Positions 1 to 9,342 of a DNA stretch of 64,000 nucleotides are shown here, piece after piece; within the stretch, counting starts at the first letter, position 1; the number at the start of each line of letters is the position of its first letter. The stretch comes from an uncultured Lentisphaerales bacterium (GTDB lineage: Bacteria > Verrucomicrobiota > Lentisphaeria > JABSQK01 > UBA12247). The stretch spans positions 1 to 64,000 of the forward strand of contig CALSSJ010000032.1 in assembly GCA_943788985.1 (NCBI GenBank). The letters run 5' to 3'. The position numbers and the translations under genes were made by a program. The notes under the pieces were generated by a model. That model was not told the DNA's origin. It ran no database searches and was given only the letters and a program-made list of their open reading frames with translations.

Positions 1-3000
1 GCCCATTTGCTTTGCGAAGTTCGCACCGACCATCGGCAGGTAGACGTCATTGATCAGCTTGTTCCGGACAAAGCCACTCATCACGCGCGGCTTAAACTCC
101 TCAAGCCGCATGCCTTCTGCTTGCTTCTCACCGAGTTCATGGCGCAAACGGGTGAAGGTCCGAAACATCGGCACGGTTTCGTTGACAAAGTGATCCAGCT
201 TGAGCAGAAAGCGGTCGAAGTGAATCTCGAGCACGCCGTTCTCGATCCGGCTATGCTGTCCAAGCAAGTCGTTCACGGTCTCACAGGTGCTGATCGCCTC
301 GGCCGCGGTCTCGATGCGACCACTAATCAAAATCAGCGCTGCGACTTCCCAGATCAGGCAGTTCTCCCCCGGTGTCTCGCGGATTTGCACGTAGGTTTTG
401 AGCCAATCCAGCACGAGGTACAGCTTGCTCTTGAGGTGGCCCTTGAGCTTGCCCAGGTCTTCCTCGAACGCGGCAAAAACTTTATGCTGGCGCAGGTGCT
501 CGACAAAGCGCGACTGCAGATCTGCAGCCAGCTGATTCTCGGTCAGCACCAAGTCATCATGGTCTTGAAGCTCATAGTAGAGAAATTCGGCCGCACCACG
601 CAGGATTGCGGAGTTCGCAGGCAATTTTAGATCATCGAAGAAAGCCGCCATCGGTTCACGAATTTCCTCGACGTACGAGCGATTGACTTCTAGTTCGCCG
701 AAGGCCTTGCGCAGGATACCAACACTATGGAGCTTGCTGCGCAGGCGATTCTTGAGAGTCTCGTCCTGACAGAAGGCCCAGAACAGCATGGCATGTGCGC
801 GTGCTTCTGAGTCGTAGCGCAGCAGGCCGCAGCGGCCATGCAAGCGGACCAGGCTGCCGAGGATCAGCGCGGCATCATGGTCATGAACACCCTTTTCGTA
901 GCCTTCGGTGTAGAGTTCGGATGAATAGTCCTGGACCACGTCCAACATCGGGTTTGCGGAGTCCGCAGCGGCCAGCTCGGTGAGCTGCATCAGCGAGAGA
1001 CCTTTCTCTGCGTGCAGCGCGTCCTGGAGGATGCAGTAGGCGAGGTACTCGCCGCGGTAGACGTGGCGATCTTCGCTCACCAGTTCCTGGGTCCACAGCG
1101 GCCGAGTCTCGAGGAATTCGGGGTCTGTGATCGGCTCGAAGTAGTCGGTGCCGGTGAGGTGGAAGCACATGTCGTTGTCGCGAAAGACAGTGGTGAGCGC
1201 GAGCTGCTGGGTGTTGACGCTGAAGCGATAGCCCCCGAGATTGATGATATTGTCATCGCCTTCGAATAGGTCGAGCCGGTCGCGCAGCTTGCGTCCAATC
1301 TCATCCTGCGAAGCCTTGAGCTGTCCGGCCAGGTCATCGGCCTTAACGGTGTCGCCCATTCCGGTAAGCTTGGCGATCAATTCACGCAGCTTGACCACCA
1401 TTAGGTCTGCAGCGTAGTAGGCATTAATCTCGTCAATGGTCTTGAAGGTCGAGGCGCGACTGCCCACGCCGCGCATGATCCGATTGGCGCTGGAGAGCAG
1501 GCTGTTGATGCGGCGCTGCTGCTCTTCCTCGAGCACCTGCTTGCGGTTGTTGAAGGCGTTGTACGCCTCCTCCCGCTTCTCGGCCAGCTTGTCGGCATAC
1601 TCATCATAGTCGGCGAAGCGGCCCTCGAGCTCTTCGACATTGATCATGATCTTGGTGAGCAGTTCATCGCAGCGATCCGGCGAATCGCAGAGCCCGATAA
1701 AGTTGGTTATGCTCTGGGTCAGTAGCTGATATTGCGCTGCGAACTCCGCAGCAGCTTCACCCTTGCCCAAGTTCTGGTGAAGCCCACGGGCGACGGCCTT
1801 GGTGCGGTTGATTTGGCCATAGACGCCAGTAATCGTGTCGACGATTGCGGTGGTTTTGGTGGTGTCGTCGATGTTGAGGTTATTCACCACATCGGTCAAC
1901 AGGTCCAAGCGCTCACTGAGGACGGTGAGGTCTTCCTCGATCGGTTTTAGGTCGGCCAGCTTTTCAACTTTCTCGATTAGGCCATCCATCTCGGACAGGC
2001 GCTCGAAGTACGGCTTGAACGCATCGTCGCGCAGCAAAAAGTCGACGCAATTCAGGCAGACCTGCTGATAGGCCTTTTCGAGTGATTCCTCCATGCTCTC
2101 GACCGCTTTCGGGTCGCTAAAGCGCAGATCGCGCAGCGAGATGCAGTGCCCTCTGGTGGCGCGCAATTGATTCAGCAGCTCGACGAACTCATCGACGCTG
2201 GTCTGGCTTTCCAGATGAGCGCGCTTGCACAGCGAGTCCACGTTCTTGACGTTCTCGCCGATCTGGCGTTCGGTATCCTTTCGAATTCGCTCAACTTTCT
2301 CGAACTCATCGATCGCGGCTACGCCGGTCTGGCGAATCTCGCCCAGCACTTCCTGAAGGTTGAACACCTCTTCGTGATTGAGCCAATGATAGGAATCCAG
2401 CGCACCAGTGGACTCACGGATCAAGTCTTCGAAGGTGACCAGGGCGGGGTCTGGACGACTAATCAGCCGGGAAATCGAGTAGCAGTCGGAGACACCACGC
2501 ACGAGATCGCGATTACCGATCTTATACAGAAACGAATTGGTGTCCTTGGCGATTTCGTGGGTATCTGAGTAGAACGGTGTCTGCCAGATCTGCATCGGGT
2601 GCATGCGCCGCGCTTCCTCATCCTGCGCGCTGAAAATGATCATGCTGCCTTCTTCGAAGATAGTAGACCCGTGGCAGAAAATCGGATTCTCGAGGGCTTT
2701 ACTAATGAGATTGTACTGGATGAGGATATATCGGCCAGTCTGCCGCTGGTAGAACTGGAAGGCAAAATCCTCGCCATTTGGGGAGCGGCGGCAGCCGGTG
2801 TACACCATGCCCGAAACGTCTTCGTCGAACCGTTTCATCTCGCCGTCCTGCAAGTAGCACCCGCGCGGAAAAATGATGCCGTGGTCTTCTGGAAGCAGAA
2901 TGCAGGCCTGGGCGAGGGTGTCTTCGCGCACCACCCGCCGGCGCTTGTAGTCGTAGATGTAGTAGCGCGGGGCTTCCTGATACGGCATAATGCGCAACAG

Positions 3001-3807
3001 CAACAGGTGCCCTACCTCGGCATACGAGATGACCGCATCATCCAGGGTCTGGTCACGGTTGTCGACCGGCTCCGAAAAGATGCCTTCGCCCGATGCAGTA
3101 TTATTCTCGACCTTGATCGTGAGATCGCCGCCGATGGTCTCGACGAAAACCCGATCCAGCACGCTGACATGCGGATGCTCGCCCGACACCTGATCATCAC
3201 GCGTACAGGGCTCCCATTCGAACTCGAGCTGATTGGGCGGTTCTAGATCCGTGTCGCCGCCGTTGTCCTCATAGACCAGCGTGTTTCCCTCGATCCGCCA
3301 GCGAAAGACCTTGAAGTCGTCTACCGTCTCGCCGGTTTGGAAGACCATATAGAGACGCCCGTTCTGCTCCCGAAACTGGAGGAACCTTGCATGCTTGTAG
3401 TATTTGTACAGCTCTTGGAAATCGCCCCGAAAGCTGATGTCATCGATGAAATTGGGGTCTCCGGTGCGTAGCTCGCCATTCTCGAACAGCTGCACGGAGA
3501 ATACGTCGGTGAGCGCGGTCTCGTTCTTGAGCCCGACAAACACGTTGTAGCCAAAGATGACTGTGTTGCCGACGGAGACGATATCTCGCGGCACACATTT
3601 ATTCTCGGTCTGGATGCGGTCATGGCCGATGATTGCCGATTCTTGCCCGCCGAACACGTCCTTGCGGGAGAGATTCAGCTTATCGATGCGCTCCAAAAGG
3701 CTCGTGTTGAGCGCCTTTAGGCGGCTATGAAGGACTCCAAACGCGCCGCCCTTCAGTGCGGGCGATGCTGCGGCATCCGCAGATTCGTCGGTGGTCGGGT
3801 CAGCCAT
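1..3807 (-). CDS. Large 'DNA repair ATPase' family protein (DUF3686-type), 3'-partial; the AAA domain is expected beyond the window edge
   Basis: ATG at 3807 reads MADPTTDESADAAASPALKGGAFGVLHSRL...RIQTENKCVPRDIV...IFGYNVFVGLK. The same frame at position 1 reads MRLEEFKPRVMSGFVRNKLINDVYLPMVGANFAKQMG, the motif that precedes the P-loop in this family. The ORF track lists no ORF in this frame, consistent with an open frame running off the edge. Confidence 0.85.
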   Translation of the reverse strand, partial: MADPTTDESADAAASPALKGGAFGVLHSRLKALNTSLLERIDKLNLSRKDVFGGQESAIIGHDRIQTENKCVPRDIVSVGNTVIFGYNVFVGLKNETALTDVFSVQLFENGELRTGDPNFIDDISFRGDFQELYKYYKHARFLQFREQNGRLYMVFQTGETVDDFKVFRWRIEGNTLVYEDNGGDTDLEPPNQLEFEWEPCTRDDQVSGEHPHVSVLDRVFVETIGGDLTIKVENNTASGEGIFSEPVDNRDQTLDDAVISYAEVGHLLLLRIMPYQEAPRYYIYDYKRRRVVREDTLAQACILLPEDHGIIFPRGCYLQDGEMKRFDEDVSGMVYTGCRRSPNGEDFAFQFYQRQTGRYILIQYNLISKALENPIFCHGSTIFEEGSMIIFSAQDEEARRMHPMQIWQTPFYSDTHEIAKDTNSFLYKIGNRDLVRGVSDCYSISRLISRPDPALVTFEDLIRESTGALDSYHWLNHEEVFNLQEVLGEIRQTGVAAIDEFEKVERIRKDTERQIGENVKNVDSLCKRAHLESQTSVDEFVELLNQLRATRGHCISLRDLRFSDPKAVESMEESLEKAYQQVCLNCVDFLLRDDAFKPYFERLSEMDGLIEKVEKLADLKPIEEDLTVLSERLDLLTDVVNNLNIDDTTKTTAIVDTITGVYGQINRTKAVARGLHQNLGKGEAAAEFAAQYQLLTQSITNFIGLCDSPDRCDELLTKIMINVEELEGRFADYDEYADKLAEKREEAYNAFNNRKQVLEEEQQRRINSLLSSANRIMRGVGSRASTFKTIDEINAYYAADLMVVKLRELIAKLTGMGDTVKADDLAGQLKASQDEIGRKLRDRLDLFEGDDNIINLGGYRFSVNTQQLALTTVFRDNDMCFHLTGTDYFEPITDPEFLETRPLWTQELVSEDRHVYRGEYLAYCILQDALHAEKGLSLMQLTELAAADSANPMLDVVQDYSSELYTEGYEKGVHDHDAALILGSLVRLHGRCGLLRYDSEARAHAMLFWAFCQDETLKNRLRSKLHSVGILRKAFGELEVNRSYVEEIREPMAAFFDDLKLPANSAILRGAAEFLYYELQDHDDLVLTENQLAADLQSRFVEHLRQHKVFAAFEEDLGKLKGHLKSKLYLVLDWLKTYVQIRETPGENCLIWEVAALILISGRIETAAEAISTCETVNDLLGQHSRIENGVLEIHFDRFLLKLDHFVNETVPMFRTFTRLRHELGEKQAEGMRLEEFKPRVMSGFVRNKLINDVYLPMVGANFAKQMG

Positions 3808-3915
3808 ACGGTGCAAGTCCAGCCGGGATGAGAGAGCGCAGAAGCCCGGCGCGACCGGGCGATACAAAATAGCGAGTGCTCTGAAGTGATGCAACCGTCT
3901 TCTTTCGGATGGGCG

Positions 3916-5236
3916 TCATTCTGCGGCGAAATCTTGGCCGTCGAGCTTGCGGATCTGCACGTGCACGCCCGGCGCCGGCGCGGTCATGCGGTTGATTACC
4001 ACCACATCGCCAGTCGCCAAACCGCTGACTAACAGGAGTTCGCCTTGATCCCGAACCACAGAGACGGCAACGCGGCGCAGGTCGCGGGTCTCTCCCGCAC
4101 CATCCAAGACGTACACGTGGGAGTCTTCGGTAACTGCGATGCGCGGTAGCCGGACGACGCCTTCCGCTATTTTTCCGGGAATGCGAACTTCGCAAAACAT
4201 GCCTTCCACCAACTCGGGGGCGTCGTCCTGCTCGAGCACGATGATCAGGCCAATCTGGCGATCGCGGGGGTCGAAGGAGGCGATGCGCTCGACGGCTCCG
4301 GACTGCCATTGGTCAGCTTGCGCGTCGACCCAGCGAATGCGGGCGCGGGTACTGACCGGCCGCGGTAAGGCACCGGGCCCATCTGAGTCGCTGAAGTGCA
4401 ACCAGCGCCGAGCATCGGCGAAGTCGAGTGCCACCGTGATCTCGCGCACGCGATCGTCCACCAACTCGGCGATCATGGCGGTGGGCGAGACCACATCTCC
4501 AGGCTCGACCTGCTCGCTGACCACGCGGGCTGAGAATGGAGCAAGCACCGTACAGCGGGAGATCTGCAGCCTGAAAGTTTCCGCCGCGACTTCGAACGTT
4601 GCCAGCTGTGCCTTGAGCACGTTGATCTGGCGCGGCAGCGCTGCCAGCGTTCCCTCGTGGCCGACGATGCGTTCCTGATCGGCAATGACCGCCTGCGTGG
4701 CACGCTCGACCGCGGCCCTGTGTTCCGACGTTGGCCGAAGTGAGGAGACTGTTCTGTCGCGCCAGCTCGCCTTCGCTCAGCGCCAGCCCGCGCTTACGAA
4801 CGGCCAGCAGCGCCTCGGTCGACTCGATCTCCCGCTGCAAGCGTGCGATCTCCGCAACCACCCGCATTTTCTCGGCCTCGGTCTGCTTGAGCTGGAGCCT
4901 GAAATCTTGCTCATCAATCGTGAGCAATAGGTCGCCCTTGTCGACGCGTCTTCCAGGCAGGAGATTGGGATGCACAGTGAGCACTTCGCCGCTGACCTGC
5001 GGCCGCAGCATGAGTCGGGTTCGGGCCTGAATGGTACCGAAGCCAGGCAGTTCGATTTTGGTATCGCCGGTGTGGGCGGTCATCGCATCGACGGGAATAG
5101 GCGGAACCATCACTGCTTGCTGTGCGGGGGCCTTCTTCTTAGCGGCCAGCCAACCGCTGACCGAAATCCCGCCAGCAAGAAATGCGCCGACCACGAACAG
5201 GCGCCAAACAATAATTAGCTGTGGTGCGACCTTCAT
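3916..5236 (-). CDS. RND efflux periplasmic adaptor (membrane fusion protein), split by a +1 frameshift at ~4716-4718
   Basis: N-terminal TM, PQVSGEV...VDKGDLL and coiled coil in ORF 4313..5236; APFSARV...PGDVV and beta-barrel in ORF 3916..4620. Removing one base of a G-run joins the frames as NVGTQAAVERATQAVIADQER. Confidence 0.85.
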
Positions 5237-6513
5237 TCGTACTCTGGCAGCATGGCCAGCTCCTCAATCACCGCCGCCATGTTCTTGGGCCGCTCCTCCC
5301 GAATCTTCGCCATGCAACGCCGGCAGACGAACGCTTCCCACTCATCGGGGAGCGAGGGGACCAGCCCCTTCAGCGCGGGTGGACGTTCTGTGAGATGCTT
5401 CTGGTATAGCTCGTAGGTGTCCAGCCCATGAAAGGGAGCGCGCCCGCAGATCAGGTGGTACAAGGTCGCCCCAAAGGCATAGATATCTGCAGCGGCCGTC
5501 AGCGGCGCATCGGTAAACTGCTCAGGAGGCATGTAGACCGGCGTCCCTAGGGCGATGTTCGACTGGGTCAGTTGGCTCTCGCCAAACCGGGCAACCCCGA
5601 AATCCCCCAGCTTGACCGAGCTATCGCGGCAGACGAAGATGTTTCGCGGTTTCACATCGCGGTGAATAATATTGTTCTTGTGCACGTATTCGAGTGCTTC
5701 GGCCACATCATTGGCCACGCGGCGCACTTGCTTGCATTTGGCCGGGCGACCGCTCACGATCTGTTCGAAAAGGTCCTGCCCCTGGAGAAATTCCATCACG
5801 TAATAGGGGCAGCCTTCGTGCCTGCCGTCGTCCAGAACGGGGATCAGGTTAGGGTGCTGAAGTCGCTGCATAACCTTGATTTCGCGCGTGAATCGCTGTT
5901 GCCCAGACCAATCATCGGTCATGTGTTTGGACAAAAGTTTTATAACGCACTCTGCGCCACTGGAGACGTGTTCGGCGCGATACACCAGCGTGCCGCCGCC
6001 CCAGCCGAGTGTTTCGGTAATGCAATAGCCACCGATACTGTCGCCGGGACTCGGGCGACTGCGGATGTGCGCCAAGGTAAGGGCTTCGTCTTCCTCGACC
6101 TCGCGCAGCCGCGGGCAGTACTTCATCAGCATGTCGATCTTGCTCGACAGCTCCTCCGGGTGATACTGCAGTTTGGTGAAGAAGTCATCGGCACCCGCTT
6201 CGATGCCGCGCACGTGGTTGGTGACGTCTTGCAGGCCGGTCAGCATGATCACGGGAAAGAGCGGCGAGAGCTCCTTCTTTATGGTCCGACAGACCTGGTA
6301 GCCGTCGATATCCGGCAGCAGCACGTCAAGAATTACGAGGTCGATCGCGGCGCAGTCGTCGGGGGACTCGCCAAGCCCAAGCATCGCCAGCGCCTTCTTG
6401 CCATAGGCAGACTCGACGATGTTTGTGTAGCCTGCGTCCTCTAGCTGTGCACGCAGCAAAACGCGGTGCGGCTGACGATCATCGACGATCAGAATGCAGG
6501 GCGACTGGTCCAT
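5233..6513 (-). CDS. Receiver domain fused to a Hanks-type Ser/Thr protein kinase
   Basis: REC motifs ILIVDD, ILDVLLP, MLTG, FTK; kinase motifs GWGGGT, VIK, HRDVKPRN, DFG, GTPVYMPPEQ. Start moved to ATG 6513. Confidence 0.9.
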   Translation of the reverse strand: MDQSPCILIVDDRQPHRVLLRAQLEDAGYTNIVESAYGKKALAMLGLGESPDDCAAIDLVILDVLLPDIDGYQVCRTIKKELSPLFPVIMLTGLQDVTNHVRGIEAGADDFFTKLQYHPEELSSKIDMLMKYCPRLREVEEDEALTLAHIRSRPSPGDSIGGYCITETLGWGGGTLVYRAEHVSSGAECVIKLLSKHMTDDWSGQQRFTREIKVMQRLQHPNLIPVLDDGRHEGCPYYVMEFLQGQDLFEQIVSGRPAKCKQVRRVANDVAEALEYVHKNNIIHRDVKPRNIFVCRDSSVKLGDFGVARFGESQLTQSNIALGTPVYMPPEQFTDAPLTAAADIYAFGATLYHLICGRAPFHGLDTYELYQKHLTERPPALKGLVPSLPDEWEAFVCRRCMAKIREERPKNMAAVIEELAMLPEYE

Positions 6514-6576
6514 AAGCGAGGTCAATGCACGCGTGTGGGGTTGCAGGAACGCGTACAGTGGCCACCTTTCGGGGCT

Positions 6577-7470
6577 ATGCAACTTCCTCCTACCGTTACT
6601 CCCCCGACGCATGTCGCGATCGTGGCACCGGCATCCGGCTTGGATGACGCAGCCTTACAGGCTCGCGTGTCCTATCTTGAAGCGCTCGGATGTAGCTGTG
6701 ATGTCGGGCAGGTGACTCAGCCCGGTCCAGCGCTAGAGTCTGATGTAGCCCGAGCTCAAGAGCTCGCGGCCGCGATGCGCAGCGATGCCTCGGTCATCCT
6801 TTGTGCGCGCGGCGGCTACGGCACCACGCGCCTGCTCGATGCGCTGGATTTTGCGGAGTTCGCAAACCGCCCAAAGTGGGTCGTAGGCTTCAGTGATATC
6901 ACGGCGCTGCAGCTGGCAATTCTCAAGCATACCGGGATTGGCTCAGCAAGTGGGTTTCTGCTCTATCCGAGTTTGGATGAGTGCGGGATCGCTCGGCCAC
7001 GGGCTGGTGAATCACTGTGGCAGACGCTCGGCGGAGATTTTCAGCCGGTTCGTTCGCTGAAGTGCCTGCGTCCCGGGCGAGCGCAGGGCCCGCTGGTTGG
7101 CGGCTGCCTGAGCATGATAACGGCCTTGGTGGGCACCCCGCATCTTCCGGACCTGTCTGGCACCCTGCTTTTTCTCGAGGATGTGGGGGAGCGACCGTAT
7201 CGAATCGACCGGATGTTGCAACAGTTGTGGTCTGCTGGGGTCCTTCAGGACGTGGCCGGACTGATAGCCGGGCACTTCGCAGGCTGCCACGCACGCGGCG
7301 CGCTCGATGCTACGGTACCGGACGTGCTTGCGCACTGGGCCAGCCGTGTGAATTGCCCAGCTGTTACAGGCCTTCCGTACGGCCATGACATCGACTCTCT
7401 GGTACTGCCAATTGGCGTACCCGCAACACTTGATGCCGACGCCGGAACCTTGGACCTCTACCCCGTTTGA
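6577..7470 (+). CDS. LD-carboxypeptidase (peptidase S66, LdcA-like)
   Basis: IVAPAS, CARGGYG, VGFSDIT (catalytic Ser), LFLEDVGE, PYGH (catalytic His). Confidence 0.9.
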   Translation: MQLPPTVTPPTHVAIVAPASGLDDAALQARVSYLEALGCSCDVGQVTQPGPALESDVARAQELAAAMRSDASVILCARGGYGTTRLLDALDFAEFANRPKWVVGFSDITALQLAILKHTGIGSASGFLLYPSLDECGIARPRAGESLWQTLGGDFQPVRSLKCLRPGRAQGPLVGGCLSMITALVGTPHLPDLSGTLLFLEDVGERPYRIDRMLQQLWSAGVLQDVAGLIAGHFAGCHARGALDATVPDVLAHWASRVNCPAVTGLPYGHDIDSLVLPIGVPATLDADAGTLDLYPV

Positions 7471-7474
7471 ATTC

Positions 7475-8197
7475 ATGAAGTACTTTCTTGTTTTTACGAT
7501 GTTCGCAACCCTTGTGTCTGGCCAGAATGCGGAGACCACTGAGGCCTTTTGCAACAGCCTGCGCCAGCCGCCGGTTACCCCCGCATGGGCCATCCTCGAG
7601 GGGAAGGCGGAGTTCCGCCCGAAAGGCGAGAAGACACAGCGCGAGGCGATCTCGCTACGCATTCACATGACCCCAGCCATGCTGCGCGCCCAGCTGCTGT
7701 TTGGCGATGATGAACGCTACCTGGTGCAGCAGGTGTTTGCCGATGGCCTGGAAGGCGGCAGCGTGATCACTGAGGAGAAGCCGGGCGAGGGCGCGCTTTC
7801 GCTGGCAGCAGTGGGGCTGCGCGCGAATGATCTGATGCTGTCCTTTCTTTATTGGGACCTGGTCGGGGAACTGCCGTCTGAAAAAATCGGCGGTACCGCC
7901 TGCCGGGTGCTGCAACTCAAACACGAAAACGAGGTGGTGCACGTGTGGGGCAGCGTGGAACATCGCTTTCCCCTTCAAGTGCACTGGTACGATGCGGGGC
8001 GGAAAGACCCGAAACGTACGCTGCGGTTCACGGATTTTGAGGCGCTGGACGAGAAGCGCTTTTGGGTGGTCAAGAGTATGACAATTCGGGGCCTGAACTG
8101 GAAGACGCGGGTGACCTTTGGCGAGAGCCGAGGCATGGCTATCACGCCGTCTGATCCGATTCCGGCCAGCTTATTTGCAGGGGGATACCATGACTGA
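7475..8197 (+). CDS. Secreted protein, outer-membrane lipoprotein-sorting / LolA-like
   Basis: Signal-peptide-like N-terminus MKYFLVFTMFATLVSG; beta-rich C-half (EKIGGTACRVLQL, VHVW, PLQVHWYD) resembling LolA-like proteins. Confidence 0.55.
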   Translation: MKYFLVFTMFATLVSGQNAETTEAFCNSLRQPPVTPAWAILEGKAEFRPKGEKTQREAISLRIHMTPAMLRAQLLFGDDERYLVQQVFADGLEGGSVITEEKPGEGALSLAAVGLRANDLMLSFLYWDLVGELPSEKIGGTACRVLQLKHENEVVHVWGSVEHRFPLQVHWYDAGRKDPKRTLRFTDFEALDEKRFWVVKSMTIRGLNWKTRVTFGESRGMAITPSDPIPASLFAGGYHD

Positions 8198-9338
8198 TTT
8201 ATCACAGCCAGTGTTGTTGTTTGGCATTGGCACAAATGCCGGGCGGATCCTGACGGAGCTGTCTTCACGATCCCTCCCGGACTACGTGCGCACCGTGCAG
8301 GCAGATACGGAGGAAAGCGCGCTGCAGGATGTGGTAGCTGACCATACGCTACAACTAGGCCGCGAGTGGACCGACGGCCTGGGCTGCGGTGGAGATGACG
8401 GCCAGGGCTACCGCGCTGGGCAGTCAAGCATCAAGGCGATCGAGGAAGCGGTCGCGAAAGCGAAGTTGGTGATTGTGGTAACGTCACTCGGTCGCGGCAC
8501 CGGATCCGGTGCGGTGATGAGCGTGGCACAGGTCATCCGGGAAAAGCGGCTGCCAGCTCTCTTTCTCTGCGTGCTGCCTGCATCGATAGATGGCAATCGC
8601 CCGGTACTGATGGCAGAGCGCGCCCTACAGAAGCTGCGGGCGGAAAATAATGCCGTGATCGTGTTGCCCGGCAACAATGTCCTCTCTGCTGCTAAGCTTG
8701 ATGAGGATTTTGCCAAGGCGTACGCGCAACTAAATGGCTTTGTCGCAGACAGCGTAGAGGGTCTGGTCCGCATGCTGAACAGCAACGCAACCAAACCGAT
8801 CGATTTCCCCGTGCTGCGAAACTACCTGATGCAACGCAAGGCTGAATGCGGAATCGGGACGGCCACGGTTTCGGAACACGTAGGCCTCGACCGGATTTTG
8901 GATCAGGCACTGGCCTGCCCGCTTTTTGGCACAGACAATAACGTGACGAAGGTGGACGCCGTAATCGTTTCTCTTCAGGGCGATGTGAGCTTGCGAAGTG
9001 CGCAAACCGTCATCGATTCATTGCACCGGCGATTTCCCCCGTCCGTACAGACTGACGTCGGTACGCAGTACGATGGCTCAGTTCCAGGCCAGGCCCGACT
9101 TACCCTGCTGGCGATTCGCTATCAACAACTGCCTAAGAAGCGCACGCGCAAGCCTAGAAAACGATCATCGATACCGATTTTTGATCCGACAGCCACGCGT
9201 CAAATGCGGCTGGCGATCGGCGTAGACGGCGTCGGCATTTTCTCCCAGGTGCAAGCGACCGTGCATCACGAACAAAACCTCGATGTCCCCACCTTCCAAC
9301 GCCAAGGGATCGAGCTGGACCTAGCCGAAACTGAGTAA
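8190..9338 (+). CDS. ftsZ: Divergent FtsZ-family protein
   Basis: Collinear FtsZ motifs: FGIG, DTEESAL, GLGCGG, SLGRGTGSG (tubulin signature variant), IDF, and C-terminal core NLDVPTFQRQG. Start overlaps the upstream stop. Confidence 0.8.
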   Translation: MTDLSQPVLLFGIGTNAGRILTELSSRSLPDYVRTVQADTEESALQDVVADHTLQLGREWTDGLGCGGDDGQGYRAGQSSIKAIEEAVAKAKLVIVVTSLGRGTGSGAVMSVAQVIREKRLPALFLCVLPASIDGNRPVLMAERALQKLRAENNAVIVLPGNNVLSAAKLDEDFAKAYAQLNGFVADSVEGLVRMLNSNATKPIDFPVLRNYLMQRKAECGIGTATVSEHVGLDRILDQALACPLFGTDNNVTKVDAVIVSLQGDVSLRSAQTVIDSLHRRFPPSVQTDVGTQYDGSVPGQARLTLLAIRYQQLPKKRTRKPRKRSSIPIFDPTATRQMRLAIGVDGVGIFSQVQATVHHEQNLDVPTFQRQGIELDLAETE

Positions 9339-9342
9339 TTGC

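Noticed and set aside
7..3246. Plus-strand ORFs of 140-215 aa (7..630, 2146..2568, 2599..3246)
   Set aside because: Antisense shadows of the large minus-strand ATPase; no motifs of their own.
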